Assembly: GCA_010093605.1 (NCBI GenBank)
Contig: MU004181.1
Location: 682,001 to 746,000 of the forward strand
Source of the DNA: Lophium mytilinum
Taxonomy: Eukaryota
DNA: 64,000 nucleotides
Reading direction: 5' to 3'
Shown: positions 24,880 through 35,780 of the stretch, in pieces
How the letters are laid out: each line of letters starts with the position of its first letter
How positions within the stretch are numbered: the first letter of the stretch is position 1
Notes under the pieces: generated by a model
Databases searched by the model: none
The model's input: only the letters and a program-made list of their open reading frames with translations
Told to the model about the DNA's origin: nothing
Program-made: the position numbers and the translations under genes

Positions 24880-25069
24880 GCAGCCCCGAACAGGTAAGTC
24901 TTGGCAGTGCGTAAAAAGGTGTGGAAGGCAGAGGGCGAGCCCGCGAAATCGCATAGCAGTTTAACCGGGGCGAGTCAGGCTTCAGTTAACCTGCTATGCA
25001 GTTTCGCGGGCTCCCTCTCTGCTTTCCACACTTCTCGCGCACGGCCAAGACTTTCCCGAATGGGCCTGC
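24880..25069 (+). repeat. Long imperfect inverted repeat (fold-back hairpin; candidate milRNA/siRNA precursor)
   Basis: Arm 24896-24971 pairs with arm 24979-25053 (e.g. GAGCCCGCGAAA/TTTCGCGGGCTC, GCATAGCAG/CTGCTATGC, AAGTCTTGGC/GCCAAGACTT) around a ~7-10-nt loop; weaker pairing extends to 24880/25069. Confidence 0.9.
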
Positions 25070-25372
25070 AGTGGAAGTGAGCGAGCACGTGATGGGAGCT
25101 AAGGAGAAAGCCGCTGTACTGCGTGAGTTTGAGGGGATGTATAAAATCAATAAATGATGGATGAAGGGTAGAGATTGTTTCTCGCGCTATGTTCGCGCTT
25201 ATAAAAATATCCTCAAAGGCGCGTTAGGAGAGTCTTCTTCAATTGGTGTCTAGCGAATGAAATCTACCAAGGTTGGTAAGGGTATATACACGAATCCACG
25301 TCGAGACAGTAAAGGAACCTGCTTCCACCACCGTTTGTGCAGAAGCACATACCGTACCGTACCTAGTTTCTC

Positions 25373-26389
25373 CTACTCACGCCAAAGCACCGCCGCTCTA
25401 CCCCCAACCTCTCGCTTACCAGCCACCAGCTCTTCAACCCTCTTCTGCAACTTACCTCTACTCTCCGGCTCAAGTCTCATGGCCTGCTCCAAATGCCCCA
25501 ATGCCGCCGCATCATCTCCTGCGCCCTGACACGCCATCGCCGCACGAAACGACAGCTTCGCTTTCCGCTTCCTCACCCCATCCCGCTCCTCTTCATCCAA
25601 GATAATCGTGTCTTCGAACGGCTTGTGCGCGTTCAAATACGCAATACCGTCTTCGGCATTTTCGCGCGCCTGCTCAAACACAGACGCCCCCTCACCCGCA
25701 GCCGCGTTAGCGATATTCAGCAGCACCTGCGAGCGATCAGAGTAGATATCCAGCGTCAGCAACCACAGCACCGACACCAGCATCTGCTCCGTCGCGCGGA
25801 TAGACTGAAGGTGGCAGTGCCAGACGACGTGAGCGAAGCGGATGGCCATGAGGTACCTGTCGGCAGCGGCCGGGAACGCGCCCGTCTGCACCTTGTCGAC
25901 GGCGCCGAATTGCAGGCTTTGAAGTTTTTTAAGGTGGTCGCCGGCGGCGTAAGAGCCGACGTAGCGTTGCTGAAGTGTTGCGGCGTGGGTGGGGGAGATG
26001 GAGGCGGAGGGTTCGACGCCGAAGAAGGTGGGGGCGAGGAGGGCGGTGGTGAGGGGGGAGAGGAGGTGGTGCTCGAGTGAGGCTTGGGGAAGAGAGGGGT
26101 GGGGTGGGAGGGAGATGGAGAGGGCGGCCTGCATGGTCCAGATGTAGAGTTTTGGCATCCAGAGGTCGGCTATGAAGGCGGGTAGAGCAGAGGAGGGGAA
26201 GACGAAGGCGGGGGCCTCGGTGGCGGAGAGGTCGTTGTCGAAGTTGTAGAGAATCATCATCATCCCAATGTCATTTCGAGCAGCGATATCAGTGGCTTGG
26301 GTTGCGAGGATTGGGATCTTGTCTTTGTCCAGCTTGTCGATGAAGGAGGGGTCGTTTGTCTTGACGAGCACGGAGAGGTTCTCAGACAT
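25373..26389 (-). CDS. Hypothetical protein with C-terminal TPR-like helices
   Basis: Long ORF from ATG 26389 (MSENLSVLV); KAKLSFRAAMACQGAGDDAAALGHLEQAMRLEPES resembles a TPR repeat. Confidence 0.7.
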   Translation of the reverse strand: MSENLSVLVKTNDPSFIDKLDKDKIPILATQATDIAARNDIGMMMILYNFDNDLSATEAPAFVFPSSALPAFIADLWMPKLYIWTMQAALSISLPPHPSLPQASLEHHLLSPLTTALLAPTFFGVEPSASISPTHAATLQQRYVGSYAAGDHLKKLQSLQFGAVDKVQTGAFPAAADRYLMAIRFAHVVWHCHLQSIRATEQMLVSVLWLLTLDIYSDRSQVLLNIANAAAGEGASVFEQARENAEDGIAYLNAHKPFEDTIILDEEERDGVRKRKAKLSFRAAMACQGAGDDAAALGHLEQAMRLEPESRGKLQKRVEELVAGKREVGGRAAVLWRE

Positions 26390-27052
26390 GGTTGCTGGCT
26401 GACCGAGATGCACCTGGTCTGTGTAGAGATTCTCTTCACGTGTGTTTGCGGTTCGCTGTTCGTGGTGTTCCTTTCTTGGACGAGATAGGGTTGCTCGGTG
26501 GTCCGCGAACTCCCATCCTAGGTCTTAACACGCTGTTATATCGTCGCGGCAGCCCAATATCTCGATAGTGATGTGCTATTAATGCCTCATTCCAAACCAA
26601 CTGCCGGCGCGGATTGAAACTGCGAACGTAAGGTGACTCGGAATAAGTTGTGCAGGATGCCACTTTCCCCTGGGCTTTGAAACGGGCCGACGTCGCGGAG
26701 CCGTAAGACGACGAGCCGCGTAAGTTGGACCGGCAGTTGCTGGTGATAGAAGAAACAGGCCAAGGAAACATGTTCATGAGGGGGTGGTGGGGTTGTGCAT
26801 TGAGATATATGCGTTCTCGGTATAGCTGAGAGGGATGTGAAGCATGAGAGAAGTACTAGCGTCCAATTTGTAAGCGGAGCAGCAAGTTTTCAGCACAACA
26901 CCGAATCAGAGCAGGAGAAAAGGAATGTAGGTAAAAATAGAGTGTGCTGTAGACGCAGCAAGATTAGGCGTTGCGCCAAGAAAGTGACCTCTTCTGAAGT
27001 GCCGTGTGTCTGATGTCCTCTAGGGCGACACTCCGCCCTCGCCACGACCTAC

Positions 27053-27436
27053 CTACTCGACCTTCTCGACGACGCAAGCTGTGCCGTACGCGCAAACCTG
27101 CGCAAAGTTCATAATCTCAGACGTGTCAAAGCGCATAGCGATGACAGCGTTGCCCCCGCGGCCGATGCACTCGCCGACCATGCGCTCGACGGCGTTGTTT
27201 CGCGCTGTATAGAGCATGTTGGTGAGATATTTCAGCTCTCCGCCGACGGCCGACTTGAGGACCGACGCGATGTCTGCGCCCCAGTTGCGAGAGCGCACGC
27301 TGAGGCCGTAGACAGTGCCGAGGGTGCGCACGACGCGGTAGCCGGGGAGTTCGTTCATGGTGGAGGTGACGATGCCGTCGGTGTCAGTGAAGCAGTGCGG
27401 TTCTGTCGAGGACGAAGGGTCGGTTCTTGTTGCCAT
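27053..27436 (-). CDS. UPF0145/YbjQ-family protein
   Basis: LPGYRVVRTLGTVYGLSVRSRN...GGELKYLT...ARNNAVERM...GGNAVIAMRFD...VCAYGTAC. Confidence 0.92.
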   Translation of the reverse strand: MATRTDPSSSTEPHCFTDTDGIVTSTMNELPGYRVVRTLGTVYGLSVRSRNWGADIASVLKSAVGGELKYLTNMLYTARNNAVERMVGECIGRGGNAVIAMRFDTSEIMNFAQVCAYGTACVVEKVE

Positions 27437-28234
27437 TGCGGTTACAGTTGCTGTAGGAGCGGGTATAGGGCTTTAGCATGGGATCGAAGGCAGGGAGTAT
27501 GGTCCTTGGCGACTTACAATTATACTCAAAGCCTTTATGGATCAACTTCGATCTTCAATGCCTTACAAGTTGCACTGTGTCGTGAGCTGAATGTAGAGCA
27601 TGGGACAAGAATCCGGGCACGTTCAAGCCTTATGATGATGCATTTGCGCCATATTCCCCCCGCAGTTGCAGATCTAGGCAATCGGGGCAGACTCGTATAG
27701 ACATTTGGCGTCGTAATCACATAATGTCTATTTGACACACTCTCAATGCCATTTCCAAAGATGCATTAACGCAATGCAATTACAGCAATATCTGTATGCA
27801 TTAATTCATGGTACTCGATCAATATAGAGCATTGGCCGGCATGCCACATTGAGCGATGCCACTTCTGGCGCCGTGGCACGGGCCTTTCGACGACATCTCA
27901 CCCATCCTTCAGCAGTCTCTCATATCAACCACCAGGCACCAGCACGACTCATCACTGCCAATGATGACTGACCGGAGCTACCATGGATATATCGACTTGT
28001 GTACAAAGGTAGGGCCGATTTTAACGGCGAAGCCTTGCGGAATTATCCTAAAGTCCTGCCATACTCGGATCTCCGAGCACCGCAGAGGCATGAAAATCCA
28101 CATATAAACCGCGTCGGTCATCAAAGTGAGACAGCAACGAGAAATCAAACCTTACTGTTCATCATATCACTTGAGTCAGTCACAAATTTCACCCATTCGA
28201 GCAGCAATACCATCGAATCCTTGAGGCAATCATC

Positions 28235-29405
28235 ATGTCAGAGCTCGTCTTTGTAAGTCGATGAGAATTACTATTAATATTTCTTACTTATCATGCTTAG
28301 ATCACGGGTGCGGCCGGTTATATTGGGCACAAAACGCTTCACTTCGCCCTGCAAGAAGGTTACAAGGCAAGATGCGCTATCCGCAAGCAGGAGCAGGCCA
28401 AGAAGATACTCGCTCGCGCGAGCATTGCACCGTTCAAAGACGCGATCGATTTCGTCGTCGTGCCCGATATGACCAAAATCGGAGCGTTTGATGAAGTCTT
28501 GGATGGAGTCACTGCCATCATTCATCTTGCGTCTCCCATGGCAAAGGAAGTGGGTGTGCTAGGCCCAATGCAACAAATCTGAATAGCTAACATAAGCAGA
28601 CGGATGACTACGAACGCAACATTGTGAGGCCCGGCATCGAGATCAATACCTCGATTCTTGCGTCAGCCGCAAAGACGCCTTCGATTCGACGAGTCGTCAT
28701 AACATCGTCGGCGGTGACTCTCGTTCCGTTCCAATGGAACCTTGATCCAGACTCCACAAAAGTCTATACCGGTAGACGATTCTCGGTACCCGCGTAACTG
28801 GGCTATGCTAACTGTCCCTAGAACGAGATGTGAATCGTGACCCCATCACGCCATACACCAGCGTCATGGACGCATACTGGGCCTCAAAATCCCTCGCCCG
28901 AACCGCAGTCCTCGATTTTATTAGCGAGGAAAAGCCCCATTTCGACGTTATCAGCTTACTTCCCTCTGTCGTCATCGGCGCCGATGAACGAGCCACCAGC
29001 ACCGAAGAGCTGCTCGAGGGCACGCGAACCCTTGTGATGGGACCAGTACTAGGCGTCGAATCCCCCTTCCCGATGGTCGGCGTCCCGGTTGACATGGAGG
29101 ACGTTGCCAGAGCTCACGTTGATGCGCTCAAGCCCTCTGTGCCTGGGAACGCGGAGTATGTTCTGTCATCTGACACCCCGGAGGGAATTGAGTGGGATCA
29201 GGCACTCGATCTTGCGAAGAAATATGTCGCGGATGATTGCGGGGAGGGGAAGGCGTTGCCTCTAGGCGGCTCGTTTCCCACGACAAAGTGGCTGCTTGAT
29301 GTTTCGGCAACGGAGAAGGCGTTTGGGTGGAAGTTTACGCCATATGAGGTTACGATGAGGGGACTGCTAAAGCAGTATGTCGAGCTTTCTCAGGGAAAAG
29401 CGTGA
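28235..29405 (+). CDS. NAD(P)-dependent epimerase/dehydratase family aldehyde reductase (GRE2/ARI1-like), 4 exons
   Basis: MSELVF|ITGAAGYIG Rossmann motif, IIHLASP, RRVVITSS, catalytic YWASK, VDMEDVARAHV. Confidence 0.92.
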
Positions 29406-30218
29406 GCATGGAGTACACTCACGATAAGCGGCACGGGATTTGCGCCCCGTCGTGACAATGCACAATGGTTTGTCACTTTGTGGGTGCTCTGACACCATCT
29501 CAAAAGTTGGAAAGCAATCACTGGGTAACAAACCTAGGTGCATTCCGGTATATTAGATCATCTTCCGCCTAACATCAGAGTCTACGACCTGCGTACAACA
29601 AAATGAAGCAAGTCCGGTATATAGTGATATCAGTAAGCACGCTAGGCCGCCTCAGGTGGCGGCTTCAGGGTACATTACCTTCAAGTTTCTTTCTTATCAG
29701 TCAAGTCATGTCACACTTCATGACTATCTCTAAGCCTTATAATGAAAAACCCAGAGGTCTATACACTCCTTTATCACTCCTTGGGGTATCCCCATAAGAG
29801 TTTAAAATATTCAGGCACAATGTTAAGTTTAAAGCAGTGCAAATTAGACTGATGCTTAACTCATTACGCCCCAAGTAGCCGGGCTACTCCTCTCAGTGGC
29901 GTCAAGTAAGCAAGATTGTACCCGAACAATAACAGGCTTGTGTAACCAGACTACGGCCTAGCACTGTGACCAGTGAATGGGCAGCAATGTGAAGGCCCTT
30001 GGAAAGTCACCACTGACCAACTCAGTGAATGTAGCTAGGTGTAAGTATAGGTATAAAAACCCCCTCGCAGTCATCCTTCTTGGGACATTAGACTCTTTCT
30101 GCTACTCCCACCACACATACCACCACAACATCCACAAACTACCACCAAAGGCCGCCTAAATTCTCCTCAAAACATTGCTCAATCATCAACCACGTCAGCC
30201 AACTGGGCAAGGTTCACA

Positions 30219-31025
30219 ATGTCGACCACCATGACTCCCTCCCTTACGACTCTCCCCGCCGAAATCCGCCAGCAGATTGCCTCCAATTTCTTCCACAATA
30301 CTATCCGGACCACCGCCAATAGCGACGTCCTGAACACCCCTTGGCAGCTAAAATCCACCTGCAAGCTGCTACAAGCCGACGTCGAGAAACTGGAGGAGCT
30401 CTGGCTGCCCAACAAGCACACCAATCTGACCCTCACCTCCCCCGCCGAGCTCCTCGCGATGCCCGCGCTGATCACCAAACTGCAAGCCAAAGCCGCCTCC
30501 GCAGGAAAGACGTGGGCCGGCTTCCAGGAAGTCGAACTCAAACTCTTCCACCCGACCGCCCTCGCCCAAACCTCCCAGTACCACTCGGTCTCCTACCCTC
30601 TCAGCGTCGACATGCTGATCCAACACACCCTCTCTCCCGCGCTCAAGCGCACCACTATCGAGACCTCCAACGCCGCCGACGAATGGTACGACGCCCGCGA
30701 CGCGCTCTACCCGGCGCTGGACCCCGACGTCACCCGCCGCCTGGCGCTAGACCTCACGCTCCCCGAGGCGGTGGCGACGGCGCTGAAGCGCCCGGAGCGG
30801 CGTAATCTGCGGTGGTTGAGCGGCGCGTTGGACCGCGTTGCGAGCATGGCGTTTACGCTGGGCCAGGATTACATGTATGGATATACGCAGCAGCCGTATG
30901 TGCAGATGAGCAAGCGGAAGGGCGGGGAGTACCCGCGTGTTGAGTGGGTTGGCGAGTTTCCGGCAGTGCGGCGGGATGTGCTCGGGGTGGAAGAGAAATT
31001 CGCGACGAGCGTGAGGTTCGTTTAG
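30219..31025 (+). CDS. Uncharacterised F-box-like family protein, paralogue 1 (intronless)
   Basis: N-terminal SLTTLPAEIRQQI; aligns along its length with the ORFs at 35781 and 39751; TATAAAA at ~30053. Confidence 0.85.
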   Translation: MSTTMTPSLTTLPAEIRQQIASNFFHNTIRTTANSDVLNTPWQLKSTCKLLQADVEKLEELWLPNKHTNLTLTSPAELLAMPALITKLQAKAASAGKTWAGFQEVELKLFHPTALAQTSQYHSVSYPLSVDMLIQHTLSPALKRTTIETSNAADEWYDARDALYPALDPDVTRRLALDLTLPEAVATALKRPERRNLRWLSGALDRVASMAFTLGQDYMYGYTQQPYVQMSKRKGGEYPRVEWVGEFPAVRRDVLGVEEKFATSVRFV

Positions 31026-31595
31026 AATGGGGGCCGAAGCCGGCGGTGTGGGAGGGATAGCGGGGCTTGGAGAGAGTAGGGGCTGCAGCTTTTGTGGCTT
31101 GCCTATCTTGGTTCGAAGTCGAGAGCGTTTGAGGTAGATGGTGATTGCTAAACTCAATGGAACGAAGTCTAGCTATCACATCAAGGCATGTGTGTAGCGT
31201 CGAGAGCGGGTCTAGGATTTGCTTCTGGCGGGCGTTCGGTAGGATCTCGATGGACAGGTCAGTCTTTCCAATGGTCGGGATCTGTTAGAGAAGATGGTGA
31301 GGCTGGCGACATAGTTACGACCCCGAGCGCGGACAAGGCGAGCGTTTCTTGTGAGATTCAATATCAGATATTAACCCTCAAATGACACTTTCCACAACTC
31401 TTAACCTTGAACCCCACTCATACTAACGAACATAGAAAGATTCGGCCCCTTAGATTCGGTGAAATGATGAGACTCTATTGTCCGACAGCGCAGTGGTAGG
31501 TGGGTGGCCGATTCCTTCTCATTTGTTCCTTCTTAGGCTTATTAATAAATCTCTAGACATAGATTTCTATAAGCCTCCGCCTAAGCCGACGTTCG

Positions 31596-33305
31596 TTACA
31601 AGCCGTAGAGTTCCACAAATCTACCCTTCGGCAGTCCACCTACAAATATATCTGCTGCCACGTCCATGTCTTCGACGGTGAGGTCTGGCTTTGCTGGTAG
31701 TGCAATGTTTACTCTTCGCAACAACAGCTCAGACAAAGGACCTATCCCTTCTCCGTCCTGAGTATGGCTGAGGGCTGCCGGCATGTCTATCATTACACCC
31801 CACACAAGCACCATCGCGTGAGCAAACAGGCGGTCATGCTTGCGAAGCGGTAACGTTAGAGCATATTCCGCACACATCAGAATGTTCGTCACAAGCCGGA
31901 ACACCTCATTGGCCCTCGGCCCAAAACTTGGCAGGACGGAAACTCCTGGCTCAGCTGTATCGTTGGCGTGTACGCCACTTGACACGGAAATGTCATGGAG
32001 GCGCTGTTCCAGTCTGAGCAGAGACAGGCGGTTTTGCCAGTAGTAAGCAAGGGCTTCAAAATCCTCGACGGAAGCAAAAAGCAGCCTCTGACGGAGAGGC
32101 GAGGCAGCGTCATGATCGTTTAGTGGGTGAGCTTTGATGTTCCGCAACAGCCGCCCCTCAGCTTCAGAGTCCTGCAGCGTCAGAAGTGAATTCGAAAGGC
32201 GAAGCGCATCTAGCAGCAGCTGATTCTGCGGACACGGTTGTAGCCGCAGTGAACGAACGAGCCCCACGAGCCGCGGAATGCGAATGAAGAGCTCGCTGCC
32301 AAGAGCCTTGAGCTGGGTTCGATCGCTGTCACTATGACCTATCCTGTTGTTGGCAAAGTACCCTCGAGCAACGTTCTCGAAAGGCGAGGGGGTCCCCTGA
32401 ATACACGCCAAGATGGCCGAATCGCAAGCGTGGAAGTCGAAGATCTCTCTCGCCAGCTGCGTAACTGGATATGTTGCAGGCCTTGCTACTAAGATTGCAG
32501 CTAACCCTTCGACATGTAAACGCGTTGGAATGCCATGCCTCTTTACAACACCCTCGAAAGGAGCTAGCAGCGCCGTTGACGCAAGTATGTCATCGTTCAA
32601 CTCTCCATATGACTGCTTGATGTTTTCTTGCACAGCATTAAGCGCGAGCGCTAGGGCTTGGTAGCAGTCGCCGGAAGTGAGTTTCGGTACGCCTCGGGCG
32701 TAGGCGCAGGCTGCGACAAGGGCTTTGATAGAGAGATCCAGGGCCGGCGTGTGCCCGACGTGGGCTGGTAGATGGCGGAAAAATTCATTTTCTACCTTTT
32801 CGCGTCGAAGCGTATCCATCGCGCGTATGATTATGACTGTCTCAGGCGACTGGGGTGTGTGGATCAGCAGTGCACCCCCATTCCAGCGCGCGGGATCTCC
32901 CTGGCTCGGTGGCAGAAGGTTTGGAGAGTGGAGCCTGGCCTGCGGAACTACTCGTGCCTCGTCCCGTACGGTAGCTTGCTGAGTGGGTGCCCCCGTCCGT
33001 GAAGAAAGGTCAATGAGGATGCGCGGAACGGCGTCGTCGGCCCTTACGGGTCGAATATCTGCTGCAGTAGTCGAACTCCTTTCGGGGCTTGGTCGACCTA
33101 AGATAGTCTGCCGGACTATGCATGGAACCCCTAATCTCTTGCATCGGTAGCAAGGCGTTTGAATTGTCCGGAGCTCTCCCGGATCTGGGATCTCAATGTC
33201 GCTCGGTAACTCGCACCGAATGCGCCTCTCACGACAACCCAGGCAGATTAAGCGGGAATATGCCCCTCTTGGTCGCTTAGAGCTTTCTGGTCTTAGATCT
33301 GACAT
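31596..33305 (-). CDS. Zn(II)2Cys6 transcription factor (intronless, long loop between Cys3 and Cys4)
   Basis: CLGCRERRIRC-x20-CYRCKRLGVPC followed by a helical fungal TF regulatory region. Confidence 0.9.
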   Translation of the reverse strand: MSDLRPESSKRPRGAYSRLICLGCRERRIRCELPSDIEIPDPGELRTIQTPCYRCKRLGVPCIVRQTILGRPSPERSSTTAADIRPVRADDAVPRILIDLSSRTGAPTQQATVRDEARVVPQARLHSPNLLPPSQGDPARWNGGALLIHTPQSPETVIIIRAMDTLRREKVENEFFRHLPAHVGHTPALDLSIKALVAACAYARGVPKLTSGDCYQALALALNAVQENIKQSYGELNDDILASTALLAPFEGVVKRHGIPTRLHVEGLAAILVARPATYPVTQLAREIFDFHACDSAILACIQGTPSPFENVARGYFANNRIGHSDSDRTQLKALGSELFIRIPRLVGLVRSLRLQPCPQNQLLLDALRLSNSLLTLQDSEAEGRLLRNIKAHPLNDHDAASPLRQRLLFASVEDFEALAYYWQNRLSLLRLEQRLHDISVSSGVHANDTAEPGVSVLPSFGPRANEVFRLVTNILMCAEYALTLPLRKHDRLFAHAMVLVWGVMIDMPAALSHTQDGEGIGPLSELLLRRVNIALPAKPDLTVEDMDVAADIFVGGLPKGRFVELYGL

Positions 33306-34029
33306 TGTAATTACAAGTTTCGCAGCTTATGTACGGACCAAAATGAGAGGCGGAAATTATGTTAGATAAAAATTGCTGTGGAATTCTTTAGTGGAGAGGC
33401 AGACATGCTGCCTACATAACCGGCTGCTGTCTAGTGTAGCTTTGTGGCTGTGGTTTGTTTTGAGGAAGGGATTTTTGCAACGCGTTCACTGACCGTAGTT
33501 TGTTCACAATGTTGTATTGCGACGTCAAAAGAGGCTGAGCCGGCGAGAAAGCCTTACCGAACTGTGTTGGGATTAGTAGATTTTTAGCCTGCAGTAGTGT
33601 CTGCCGTAGCGAACCAGTCAAATCCACGTCTGAGCGCGCTGAGGTAACCTAATGTTTTCTTTAAGTAAATACAAAAGCTACGCTTGGCACGCTATCTTAG
33701 GTAAATTGTTAGTTCCGCGTGTAGAAAAAGCGCTAGCGACCGTATGCAGTTATACCCTGTACATACCCGGGACGAGGCGCCGATTACAAGGGTTGCGCGG
33801 AACTACGAATCGCGCTGAGGCTCAGCCTCACTCCACTTCGTGTGGTCCGTTGCGCGCGGGTATAGTATAAGCGGACATCAAATACTAACTGGTAACACAG
33901 TATATAATAGCTACCTTACTCCTTAGTAAATATTCTACTAGATCCTTATCATCGTCAGTACATCAAGTCGCCTCTCTTGGTCCGAGCCCTGTGTCAACAG
34001 TGAGGACCTTCTTGATGACATTCGCGAAA

Positions 34030-35154
34030 ATGAAGTCTATGCTTTCCATTTTTCTCATTTTGCTCGCCAACACGACTGCGGGCTACCTGGTCCCAAACCC
34101 GCCTGGTAAATACAATGTCACATTGACGACTGGACCCCTCATCGACTACACCCGCAATGGCCGGGCATTGATGCTATCAGTTTTTCAACCTGCGACGTGC
34201 ACCTCCACTATGCCCGTCTCCTACATGCCCAACAAAACCGCCGAGTACCAGGGGCCATTTCTCGAAAAGCAGTTCAACATCTCCGTCAACCTCACGCCAC
34301 TCTTCCTGGAGGCTCGTCTACCGGTGTGTCCGGACGATCCCAATGGCTGCTCACCTCTAGACAACCACCCTATCCTGCTCTTCTCCCCTGGCTACGGTAT
34401 CCCTCGCCTCTACTATAGTGTCCTGGCCTCCGCCATCGCCAGCGAGGGCTTCATAGTCATCACCATCGACCATCCCGAAGACTCCAACATCATCACCTAT
34501 CCCGACGGCCACACAGTCTACGGCCCCGGCCCGAGCAACCCCACCCCGGACGAGTACATCCATTACCTGTACCCTCGCGCCGCCGACGCATCCTTCATCA
34601 TCGACCAGCTGAGCAACGCAACCGCCATAGCCTCGCTGCTTCCCCAACGCGGACCCCGACCGTTTCCAACCAACCGCGTCGCCATGCTAGGCCACTCTCT
34701 AGGCGGCGTCGCCGCGGTCATCGCCGCCGGCCTAGACGCCCGCATTCGCGGCGCGATCAATTGGGACGGCACCATCTTCGGCTCGCTGCCCGCGTCGGGA
34801 CTGTTCACGCCAGTGCTGTTAATGTCCGAGGCGAACGCCACCGACCCTACCTGGGTGGCGGCGTGGCCGCAGATCAAGGGGCCGAAGCTGTGGGTCGAGG
34901 TCGCGAACACGACCCACGAGAGCTTTGCGGATGCGCTCACGCTCTTGCAGGCGGCTGGCGAGGACACGGCGGCGCTTGCAGGGCTGCTGGGCACGATTGC
35001 GCCAGCTGAGCTGGTGAGAATCCTGGCGGCGTATACGGCTGCGTGGATGAAGGGGGCGGTCGTGGGTAAGGTGGGAGGGCCGTTGCTGCAAGGGAAGGAA
35101 CCGGGCAGGTTTCCAGAGGTCTCGATTGTGAAGAAAAGTAAACTTTCAGAATAA
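34030..35154 (+). CDS. Secreted alpha/beta hydrolase, PAF-acetylhydrolase/chlorophyllase-like
   Basis: Signal peptide; PILLFSPG; ASEGFIVITIDHP; nucleophile GHSLGG; NWDG; His motif THESF. Confidence 0.9.
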   Translation: MKSMLSIFLILLANTTAGYLVPNPPGKYNVTLTTGPLIDYTRNGRALMLSVFQPATCTSTMPVSYMPNKTAEYQGPFLEKQFNISVNLTPLFLEARLPVCPDDPNGCSPLDNHPILLFSPGYGIPRLYYSVLASAIASEGFIVITIDHPEDSNIITYPDGHTVYGPGPSNPTPDEYIHYLYPRAADASFIIDQLSNATAIASLLPQRGPRPFPTNRVAMLGHSLGGVAAVIAAGLDARIRGAINWDGTIFGSLPASGLFTPVLLMSEANATDPTWVAAWPQIKGPKLWVEVANTTHESFADALTLLQAAGEDTAALAGLLGTIAPAELVRILAAYTAAWMKGAVVGKVGGPLLQGKEPGRFPEVSIVKKSKLSE

Positions 35155-35780
35155 TGCGAGATTTCTCGCGATATAGGTACAGCTCGCTATTTTCAATGGC
35201 CCGGAGGCGAGTTTGTTCAGGAGCTTTCGGTCGTTGAGGCAGTACGTGTGCACTTTTGATATTTATATTCATAGAAATGCTAGCGATTCATACGCCCGTG
35301 TTAGGAGGCGCAGTGCTGAAAGAGTCATGGGTATTGAGTGCTCGCTTGAACGCCGTTGTCGGCGCTGAGATGCCGCGCTCGGCCACTGCTGACAGTGGTA
35401 ATAAGAAAGCAACAGCTAAGCCAGAGCAGTCCCATATGGAGCATACGGAGAGAGTATACCATTCCCTCCATGTCAGTAGAAGTGTTCTATTTCAGGGTGT
35501 CGTGACCATTACATTTTATGCAGAGACTCTCAGATAACCGTGAGGTGCCAATGTAAGGGTATCGCCCATATAGACCATTCAGCTTGCTAGCTCATATCAA
35601 AGGTGGTTTACCACTCAACTTGGTGGATTGCTGCTAGTAAGCCACGCCTACTTAAACACGTGCACAGAGGCCTTCCTGGAACATCAAATCTTCCTGCCGT
35701 CCGCACACCACAACATCAACACCCACGCGCCCGCCGCCCCCTGATCGCCCGCGCCATTACTAAAACCAACTGCACCCAGC

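Noticed and set aside
24130..25210. Telomerase RNA, RNase P/MRP, SRP, spliceosomal snRNA or group I intron
   Set aside because: No CCCTAA template and none of the diagnostic conserved motifs could be found by eye; an Rfam search is still needed
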